Positions 56,871 to 64,000 of a stretch of 64,000 nucleotides of DNA are shown piece by piece (position 1 is the first letter of the stretch; every line of letters starts with the position of its first letter). The notes beneath the pieces are model-generated. The model did not search any database. It was not told where the DNA came from and saw only the letters and a program-made list of their open reading frames with translations. This DNA comes from Lentisphaeria bacterium (GTDB taxonomy: Bacteria > Verrucomicrobiota > Lentisphaeria > JABSQK01 > JAWLHB01): the NCBI GenBank assembly GCA_041690595.1, contig JAWLHB010000008.1, positions 62,001 to 126,000 of the forward strand, read 5' to 3'. A program made the translations under genes and the position numbers.

Positions 56871-58645
56871 AAGGCAGCGCCAAACCTATAGAGGCTCAGG
56901 CCGATTTGGTCATTGTTGGTGGCGGCATAGCCGGATGCGTGGCGGCGGTGGCCGCTGCCAGAATGGGCACGAAGACGGTACTGGTTCAGAATCGCCCGGT
57001 GCTCGGCGGCAACGCCTCTTCCGAAGTCGGGCTGCTGATGGCCGGTGCCGACCGCGATTTCCCTCACGTCCGCGAGACTGGCATCGTCGAAGAAATCGAC
57101 CTGCTCAACCGCTACCACAACCACGAGGTCCAATGGCGCAACTGCATCTCCGACGCCACCCTCGAAAACCTGGTCAAGGAAGCCGGGGTGGATCTGTACC
57201 TGAACACACACATTCACGCGCTGCAAATGCAGGGCCAGAGTATCCGCTGGGTCACCGGCGCCCAACAGGCGACAGAACGGATCTTCCAGTTCGAGGCGCC
57301 GGTCTTTGTCGATGCCACCGGCGACGGCACGCTCCTGGCCATGGCCGGCGGCGCCTTCATGACCGGCACGGAGGCGCGAAGCACCTTCCAGGAGTCGCTG
57401 GCGCCGGAAACGGCCTCAGACGTCATGCAGGGCTCCACCCTGATGTATCGCGTCAAGGACATGGGCAGGCCTGTTGCCTTCCACAGCCCCCCGTGGGCTT
57501 ACTGCTTTCCAAGTGCCGACGATCTGCCTGTGAAGATCAGATTCCTGGACAAGCCCCAACTCTGGATCGAATTCGGCGCCAGGCTCGATACCATCGGAGA
57601 CGCTGACGCGATCCGTGAGGAACTGCTCAAGATCCTTTACGGGGTCTGGGATCACGTCAAGAATCACGGTGACTATGGCGCGGACAACTACGTGCTGTCG
57701 TGGGTTGGTTCGGTGCCCGGCAAGCGCGAAAGCCGTCGTGGGGTCGGCGACTACATCCTGAACGAGAACGACCTCACGCACCCGACGGATCTCCCCGACG
57801 CGGTCGCCTATGGCGGCTGGCCGATCGACGTTCACAACCCCGACGGCTTTTATGCCAGGCACAAGTGGCTCGATTACACACACCTGAAGAGCATCTACCC
57901 CATTCCTTACCGCTGCTACTACTCGCGGGATATCACCAATTTGTTCCTGGCCGGCCGGATCGTCAGCGCCAGCCACGTGGCCCACGGCTCGATCCGCCTG
58001 ATCCGCACCTGCGGGATCGGTGGCCAGGCCGTCGGCACGGCCGCCGCCTTGTGCAGGAAGTATGGCATGACACCGCGCGCGCTCGGCCAGGAGCACATCC
58101 GCGAGCTGCAGCAGGAACTGCTCAAACACGACGGCTTCATCCCGGGCATTCGCAATGAAGACCCTCGCGACCTGGCGCGCCAGGCCCGGGTCTCCGCATC
58201 GTCAGCGTTTCGCGATGCCGAGACCGGGTACCTCTTTGCTGCCGACAAGGTCATCGAAGGTCTCTCCCGCGGACGAATGAACGACGAAAACCTCTGGATA
58301 TCTGCTCCCATGGACGAAGATCGGGAACCATGGATTGTGCTGGAGTGGGAGGCGCCTGTCAAGCTCAATCGCGTTCAACTGACCTTCGATACCATGGTCA
58401 GGGAACAACGGTTCTTTGACCGGCCGGTTCTTGGCCCCCTGCCCACCTGCATTCGCAATGGCCGGCTGGAGGTGCGTGATGACAGCGGCAGCTGGCGGAC
58501 AGTCGCCCGCATGGATGACAATTACCTGAGGCACCGGCTTCTGATCTTTGCGTCGGTCGCGACCGACGCCATCCGGTTTTGCGTTGAAGAGACCCAGGGC
58601 GACCCACATGCCAGGCTCTATGAGGTGCGGGCTTACAAGGAGTAA
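56867..58645 (+). CDS. FAD-dependent oxidoreductase (PF12831-like) with C-terminal discoidin-like domain
   Basis: VIVGGGIAG, RPVLGGNASSE, FVDATGDG, GKRESRR, GGWPIDVH, IPYRCYYS, C-terminal ARLYEVRAY. Confidence 0.9.
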   Translation: MKGSAKPIEAQADLVIVGGGIAGCVAAVAAARMGTKTVLVQNRPVLGGNASSEVGLLMAGADRDFPHVRETGIVEEIDLLNRYHNHEVQWRNCISDATLENLVKEAGVDLYLNTHIHALQMQGQSIRWVTGAQQATERIFQFEAPVFVDATGDGTLLAMAGGAFMTGTEARSTFQESLAPETASDVMQGSTLMYRVKDMGRPVAFHSPPWAYCFPSADDLPVKIRFLDKPQLWIEFGARLDTIGDADAIREELLKILYGVWDHVKNHGDYGADNYVLSWVGSVPGKRESRRGVGDYILNENDLTHPTDLPDAVAYGGWPIDVHNPDGFYARHKWLDYTHLKSIYPIPYRCYYSRDITNLFLAGRIVSASHVAHGSIRLIRTCGIGGQAVGTAAALCRKYGMTPRALGQEHIRELQQELLKHDGFIPGIRNEDPRDLARQARVSASSAFRDAETGYLFAADKVIEGLSRGRMNDENLWISAPMDEDREPWIVLEWEAPVKLNRVQLTFDTMVREQRFFDRPVLGPLPTCIRNGRLEVRDDSGSWRTVARMDDNYLRHRLLIFASVATDAIRFCVEETQGDPHARLYEVRAYKE

Positions 58646-58933
58646 CAACACCACCAATCCCAAGCCCGCGAGGTGGCGCTCCATCATTCTCATCAGTCCA
58701 GATTCCCAAAGATGAGTCCATGAACATTGGCCAACCATTGGACCCGTTGATTGACTTCGGCGGTTCTGGGGTAGCGGAACTGGACGGCACAGAGTGGCAT
58801 GACAAGAAGGGTAGCCGCGCCTGGCCAAGGCACCGAGCGGATTTTCTCAATCACGCGAGCCGAATGCCCCTGTGGTGCGGATCGGCTGCCAGTCGAACGT
58901 GGTCGTTTCATTCTACTTGCCCGCCCTGTCATC

Positions 58934-58962
58934 TTGATATTTCCGATGGAATATCTTATACT
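58934..58962 (+). promoter_or_regulatory. Near-consensus sigma70 promoter with an inverted repeat in the spacer
   Basis: TTGATA-17-TATACT, with GATATT-N8-AATATC at 58936-58955. Confidence 0.65.
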
Positions 58963-59004
58963 TAAAATTATGCAGTAAAATCCCGCGATATGGAGATACA
59001 TCCG

Positions 59005-59709
59005 ATGAAAGTGCGTTTCCAGACAGTATCCTTCACCTTGATCGAGCTACTTGTCGTCGTGGCCATTATCGCTATTCTGGCCAGCATGCTTCTGCCGGCG
59101 CTCTCCAAGGCGCGCGCCTATGGCCAGCTCGCCGTCTGTACCAACAACCTCAAGCAGATCGGTCTCCAGATCTCCATCTATGCCGATGACCACGGCGGGC
59201 TGGTATGCGAAGGTTGGGACGGGACGGAAGAGTGGATTCACCGCATGCACCAGACCGGATATCTTGACTATCCCTATGCGCCCGGGAGTACCTGGAAGAT
59301 CTCCCCGAGCAGCATTTTCTTTTGCCCTTCCGACAAGTATGTGCAGCAGAACTACGGTACCTATGCCGGCAATGGGGAGTTCATGGACAACAACTATCCG
59401 AACGCGGGTACCCGACTTGGCGGGAAGATCACCTCGGTCTACGATGCCACCGCCCTCATGCTGGTCACCGCCAGCCACAGCTACCACTACATGATCTACA
59501 AGTACGCCTACCCAGGCCAGGATATTTATGTTGTCCCGACCAGTCTCACCTACCGTCACTTCGATGACGCCAATGCCGTTTTCGGTGACGGTCATGTCGC
59601 CCGTGTCCCGGGGCCGATTCCCTGCTATACCTACAACCGCGGGGGCTATCTCAACAGTGAATATCCTGATAGAACCGCGTATAATCTATTCTGGTCCGGC
59701 AACAAGTAG
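59005..59709 (+). CDS. Prepilin-type / DUF1559 / H-X9-DG protein no. 4
   Basis: [66 protein letters not shown]. Confidence 0.93.
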   Translation: MKVRFQTVSFTLIELLVVVAIIAILASMLLPALSKARAYGQLAVCTNNLKQIGLQISIYADDHGGLVCEGWDGTEEWIHRMHQTGYLDYPYAPGSTWKISPSSIFFCPSDKYVQQNYGTYAGNGEFMDNNYPNAGTRLGGKITSVYDATALMLVTASHSYHYMIYKYAYPGQDIYVVPTSLTYRHFDDANAVFGDGHVARVPGPIPCYTYNRGGYLNSEYPDRTAYNLFWSGNK

Positions 59710-60182
59710 CCGTTGGATACCTGCGGCGTTCAGGTGATGGATGTGGTTCCGCCGTCGTTGGGGCCCGCGACGCTTACGCTTCTACCTTGGTTCGACGACC
59801 GTGGCGGAGAACACACTCTTCACTTCCTTCATTTGCCTTTTGTCATTGTATTACCATTTTACCATAGTCGCTGGTGATCCGCGTGGGCGGCACGGTCCTA
59901 TTTGAATCCAACTCGACGTGATGCACCTCGACAGCTCCCCAAACTCGACTCGCACGGTATGTGATGCCAAAAAGACTGAAAGCAATTGGCTGCCAGCTGC
60001 TCAATCGTGAAAAATATACCTGCGCCGCGCGAAGTTCGTCCGTTGCTGATGTGGAGTTCATTTCCAAGAGTGTGAGCGGTGAACAACAGGATTTTCCACT
60101 CCGCCCAGAACATCGACATGAGGCGGCGGATGTACTGGGTGGCGCACCGACGGAGGCGCCTTCCTTGCATCCGGCGAGGCGG

Positions 60183-61232
60183 ATGGACGTTGTCGCTCTC
60201 TGGCTGGCCGGACTGTACCTGCTGATTCTGGCGATGGTCGCCGTGGGCGGAATTACCCGGCTCACCGAGTCCGGGCTGTCGATCGTCGACTGGCGGCCCG
60301 TTACCGGATGGCTGCCGCCTCTCTCCGAAACAGCCTGGCTGGCCGAGTTCGAGAAGTATCAGACTTCGCCGCAGTTTCGGCAGACCAACAGGGAGATGAC
60401 GCTATCCGGCTTCCAGCAGATTTTTTTCTGGGAATACCTGCACCGTGTGCTCGGCCGTATCGTCGGCCTCGTCGCGCTGATTCCGTGGCTCCTGCTCGTT
60501 GCGCGGGGTACGCTTCGCGGTCGCTGGCTCCTCGGCACGGGTGCACTCTTTCTGCTGATTGTCGTCCAGGGCGTGGTCGGCTGGCTGATGGTAAAGAGTG
60601 GTCTGGTCGACCGACCGGCGGTCAGCCATTATCGCTTGGCGGCACACCTGCTGCTCGCATTCGGCACGGCCCAGTGGGTGCTGTGGCTCTACCTTGGCTG
60701 GCGGCGTCATGGCCGCGTCGGACAGCCGACGGCCACGACCTCACCGGCCATTCCCACCTGGTGGACAGCGGTGCTGCTCGGCACGATCGCGCTCATGGTC
60801 GGGCAGATCGTTCTCGGGGCGTTCGTCGCCGGTCGTCGCGCTGGGCTCTTCTTTCCAACCTTCCCCGACATGAACGGACTGTACCTGCCCGGCCCTTTCT
60901 TCACCGGTGGGCTTGGCGACATCCTTACCGAACCGGTGGCAATGCACTACGCGCACCGGGCGCTGGCTTTTCTGCTGATCATTCCTTTCGGCATGCTGAT
61001 CGCCACCGGCAAACGCCTGCCGCGCTCCATACGTCTGGCCGCGTGGAGTGCCGGCGCGCTATTTGCCGTGCAATTTGTGCTGGGCGCCATTACCGTCCTG
61101 TGGCATGTGCCGATTGCGGCAGCGGTGAGCCACCAGTGCGTCGCCATGCTGCTGCTCTCAGCATTGACGATCGTCGCATGGCAGCTCTTCCAAGGTCGCC
61201 GGCACGATTCCGTGAAAGTAGCGTCCGGCTGA
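60183..61232 (+). CDS. ctaA: Heme A synthase (COX15/CtaA, type 2)
   Basis: GGITRLTESGLSIVDW, FEKYQTSPQF, WEYLHR, GWLMVKSGL, SHYRLAAHL, HR and HQ heme ligands. Start uncertain (GTG 60072 is an alternative). Confidence 0.92.
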   Translation: MDVVALWLAGLYLLILAMVAVGGITRLTESGLSIVDWRPVTGWLPPLSETAWLAEFEKYQTSPQFRQTNREMTLSGFQQIFFWEYLHRVLGRIVGLVALIPWLLLVARGTLRGRWLLGTGALFLLIVVQGVVGWLMVKSGLVDRPAVSHYRLAAHLLLAFGTAQWVLWLYLGWRRHGRVGQPTATTSPAIPTWWTAVLLGTIALMVGQIVLGAFVAGRRAGLFFPTFPDMNGLYLPGPFFTGGLGDILTEPVAMHYAHRALAFLLIIPFGMLIATGKRLPRSIRLAAWSAGALFAVQFVLGAITVLWHVPIAAAVSHQCVAMLLLSALTIVAWQLFQGRRHDSVKVASG

Positions 61233-61360
61233 CGTGCACGACTGCGGTCAGTGGGGCGATAGTGCAGAATTGGCCGAACGGAGCCTTATGCAACGAGTTG
61301 CGCGCACAGGTGATAACGCTGTGATAACAGTCTAAAGTAACCACGCGTGGAGATTCGCGA

Positions 61361-64000
61361 ATGCCCATAGCGCAGCTACGTGATGCGTTCGAGCATGATT
61401 GCTATGTCGGCTGCATCAATTTTTTCGTTGCCCATGACTGTCGGGATGACGGGGAAGTTCACGCACTGGTTTTCGAGCGTGCGGAGTTGGCGCGCCGATG
61501 CCGCAACGCGACGCAGTTCATGGAGGCCAGCGGCGTCCGCGGAATCAGCGAATACACGGATCACCGTCGCATCTATGAGCTTGCGGAATGGTGTCTGGGC
61601 AGACTCAATGCCCGCACCTCCGCCGCGGGTCTGGGGATATTCGCGCAGCAGCTCTGCACCATCGCCAAGCGGCATGGCGATGCGTGGATACGAACGTGGT
61701 GTGGCTACCTGAGAGTTGACTGCATCGAGAACTGGTGGCTTCTCCATCGCTTCTATCTCGATGGGCTATGTGAGCGACCTGACGACGATGCGTACTACCT
61801 CGGGCTCATGGCAGGTGTCCCGGGTACAGATTTGCAGATGCCACTCGAGCAGTTCATACGTCAGCATCCAGACCTCCTGGAGCACGATATCTGGCGCTTC
61901 TTCGAGATCGAAGGGAACGACGTCTACAGCTTGGCCAAGTATGAAGGAGAGATCGGCTGGCGGGACATTCTTGTGCAACTGTCACGGGAGGGCATCATCG
62001 ACCGCAAGGCGCTGCTCGGCGCGACGATACAGGCCATGCAACGCGGCTTCAGCCCGCACCGGACGCGCTGGTACTGCAAGCTCCATGAGGTCCTCGCACC
62101 AACGCCCGATGAGCGGCTCGCCCTGAAGGACGATTACCTGCAGCTATGCAACACAGGAAGCGATCCGGTCGTCAGCCTGGCGGTTCAGGCGCTCACGACT
62201 GTACGGAAGAACCACGAACTGAGTTCCGCGGACTTGCTCTATGCCCTACCCTTCGCGCTCGGCAGCAAGGTCAAGGGCAACGTCCGCGCGGCGCTCTCCC
62301 TGCTGGATCGCTGCCTTCAGACTGGCGCGGAACAGCGTGAGGAGTTGCTGTCGATGATCTGTGGTGCCTTCTGTCACGATGCCGCCGACGTGCAGCAATC
62401 CGCGCTCGCCCTACTCCGCCGCCACAATGCCTTCGACAGCCCTGTCGTTCTGGCGAGACTGGCGCAATACACCGACTTACTCGCGCCGGCCATTCAGGCG
62501 GAATTGCCGCGGACTTTGGTGCCCGCAAGCCATGCGTCGGAACCCGACGTGGCAGCGCTTGTCGAGCGGGTGAGGGCCATTCCTGGCGACTGGCAGGAAC
62601 GTCTCGACATCGCGCCATGCCTCGATGCACTGGCGTCGGGGACTCTTTGGACGAAACCACTCGACCTGCGCCGGATACCTCCGCGGGCGGATGAGGCGTA
62701 CGCCGACTTTGCACCATTGCGCAACATGGACGACCTGCTGGACAGCTGCCAGCTCTACCTGCGGGATCCCCTCGACATCTTGCTCGCGGAGCGCATCTTC
62801 GAGGCGCTTGGCCGTTTTGGACATGAGCAGAGCGAGACGTTTCGGCAGCATGCGGCGCCGCTCCTTCAGCAAGCCGAGCGGGCGCTGAGAAGCATCGAGG
62901 ACGTTTCGCTCCTGCCCGAGTTCTGCGCGGTCGTCATCTCCTGGATCAGCGGCGAAGTGCCCAGCGTAGCCGATCCCATGGACACCCTGCACAAGCTTTG
63001 GGTGCAGCGATGCATGGAGATCGCCGAGCGCGTCGCCAGGCGGCAGCCGTTTGTGCTTGCCAGTACGCCGACCCACGGCCATCGATTGTCGCCTGCTCTC
63101 TTACGCAAGCGCCTGAGCCAGGGCACTTTTGCCGCCGCCGATCTCGCCTTTTCCCTGCTGCGGCTGGCGCCATACGATGCGTCTGTCATCAATCAGGTTC
63201 AGCAACAACCTGGCGCTGGCGAACAGCTCGATGCTATCGCACGGATTCTACGGCACCCAGGCATGGTATGGACGGCCAGCGTTTACTTGAAACGCGAGCA
63301 GGCCACCTACCCCGGCCGCACCGAACTTTGGGATTCCTGGACTGCCGCCGATACGGTCATTGAGGTGGTCCCGGAACTCGACGATCTGCGCACGAGCTTC
63401 CTCAGCAGTACCCCATGGCATCCAGAAACGCCCTTTTGCCTCTTCCACACATCCTTCCCTCTCCACCCGGAGATTCGCCACGTGGCTATTGGAAACTATG
63501 CTGCCGCCTGTCATGCAGCCGCGGATGCATTCTTCAGCCGCCGGCTTCGACCCGAGCACCTCGATCATCCCGATCTGCCGTTTGGCCCCAGTGGCTGGTT
63601 CATGTTGGCCACTTGCCTCTTCTGCGTCGATGATGTCATCCGCGACTTCGCCGGCGAACTGCTGAGCGATGCCATCGCTGACGGACGGCTTGGCGCCGAT
63701 GGCGTCGAGTGGATGCTCGCCACCTACTGCCGGAACGGGCTGGCGACCTGCAAGCGCATAACGCCTTCCATCGAGGCGGCCGCCGCCGCTGGCCCCCTGC
63801 AGGTAGCGGTGCTGCGGGATGGCATCCTTGGCGCGCTGCCACGCATCGAGAGCTGGCCTCGCGACAGCTTCGCCTTGCTCCAATGCCTGCACGATCTGCT
63901 TGTGCTGAGCGGTTCTACCGTCGACCGACAACCGGCACGCCATGTCCTTGCCGGCATCAAGGGAAGCAGCAAGGCCGCCAGACTGGCGATGGCAATTCTC
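61361..64000 (+). CDS. DUF6493-like alpha-helical protein (3' end runs off the window; absent from the ORF track)
   Basis: ATG at 61361 after GGAG. Translated by eye at the 5' part and the end: MPIAQLRDAF...LLEHDIWRFFEIEG...WRDILVQLSREGIIDRKALL...RGF...WYCKLHEVLAPT...KGSSKAARLAMAIL. The ends are in the same frame, and the track lists no closed ORF in this frame, implying no internal stop (880 codons). Confidence 0.8.
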   Translation, partial: MPIAQLRDAFEHDCYVGCINFFVAHDCRDDGEVHALVFERAELARRCRNATQFMEASGVRGISEYTDHRRIYELAEWCLGRLNARTSAAGLGIFAQQLCTIAKRHGDAWIRTWCGYLRVDCIENWWLLHRFYLDGLCERPDDDAYYLGLMAGVPGTDLQMPLEQFIRQHPDLLEHDIWRFFEIEGNDVYSLAKYEGEIGWRDILVQLSREGIIDRKALLGATIQAMQRGFSPHRTRWYCKLHEVLAPTPDERLALKDDYLQLCNTGSDPVVSLAVQALTTVRKNHELSSADLLYALPFALGSKVKGNVRAALSLLDRCLQTGAEQREELLSMICGAFCHDAADVQQSALALLRRHNAFDSPVVLARLAQYTDLLAPAIQAELPRTLVPASHASEPDVAALVERVRAIPGDWQERLDIAPCLDALASGTLWTKPLDLRRIPPRADEAYADFAPLRNMDDLLDSCQLYLRDPLDILLAERIFEALGRFGHEQSETFRQHAAPLLQQAERALRSIEDVSLLPEFCAVVISWISGEVPSVADPMDTLHKLWVQRCMEIAERVARRQPFVLASTPTHGHRLSPALLRKRLSQGTFAAADLAFSLLRLAPYDASVINQVQQQPGAGEQLDAIARILRHPGMVWTASVYLKREQATYPGRTELWDSWTAADTVIEVVPELDDLRTSFLSSTPWHPETPFCLFHTSFPLHPEIRHVAIGNYAAACHAAADAFFSRRLRPEHLDHPDLPFGPSGWFMLATCLFCVDDVIRDFAGELLSDAIADGRLGADGVEWMLATYCRNGLATCKRITPSIEAAAAAGPLQVAVLRDGILGALPRIESWPRDSFALLQCLHDLLVLSGSTVDRQPARHVLAGIKGSSKAARLAMAIL

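Noticed and set aside
58646..58930. Long intergenic gaps (also 35559-35838, 59710-60070, 6220-6490) as ncRNA or riboswitch
   Set aside because: No recognisable Rfam-type motif by eye. An Infernal/Rfam scan would be needed to exclude one.
34797..59709. Diversity-generating retroelement or pilS-like silent cassette system behind pilin variation
   Set aside because: No reverse transcriptase, no near-identical template/variable repeats and no truncated silent copies. All four genes are complete and deeply diverged.
61376..63972. Short ORFs on both strands listed by the track
   Set aside because: All overlap the long plus-strand frame starting at 61361.
1..64000. rRNA, tRNA, CRISPR array, IS or prophage genes
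   Set aside because: None recognised in the intergenic regions or ORF translations.

Overview
GC-rich bacterial window, probably from the PVC superphylum (Lentisphaerae-like; inferred from four '[21 protein letters not shown]' prepilin-like genes, giant secreted proteins and sulfatases). 1-4.6 kb: arginine succinyltransferase operon (astA-astD-DUF1338-astB). 5-19 kb: accessory patchwork with a GNAT, a stand-alone RloA/RloB-like ATPase-Toprim pair behind twin palindromes, a sulfatase, DUF547, a lower-GC TIGR04255 three-gene cassette ending in a small ART-like ORF, a heparinase II/III-like lyase and a SWIM-SNF2 pair. 19-59.7 kb: about 40 kb of glycan-degradation genes built from repeated modules of promoter/operator, optional GntR-LacI regulator, prepilin-like DUF1559/H-X9-DG protein, giant secreted GH-like proteins and signal-less hydrolases. 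I found no SusC/D, TonB, ABC or MFS transporter in these modules. This 'pilin-headed polysaccharide utilisation locus' architecture and the TIGR04255 cassette are the best candidates for undescribed systems. The window ends with heme A synthase and an 880-codon DUF6493-like gene that the ORF track misses because it runs off the end. No rRNA, tRNA, CRISPR, transposase or integrase was seen. All family calls come from motif recognition by eye, not database searches.
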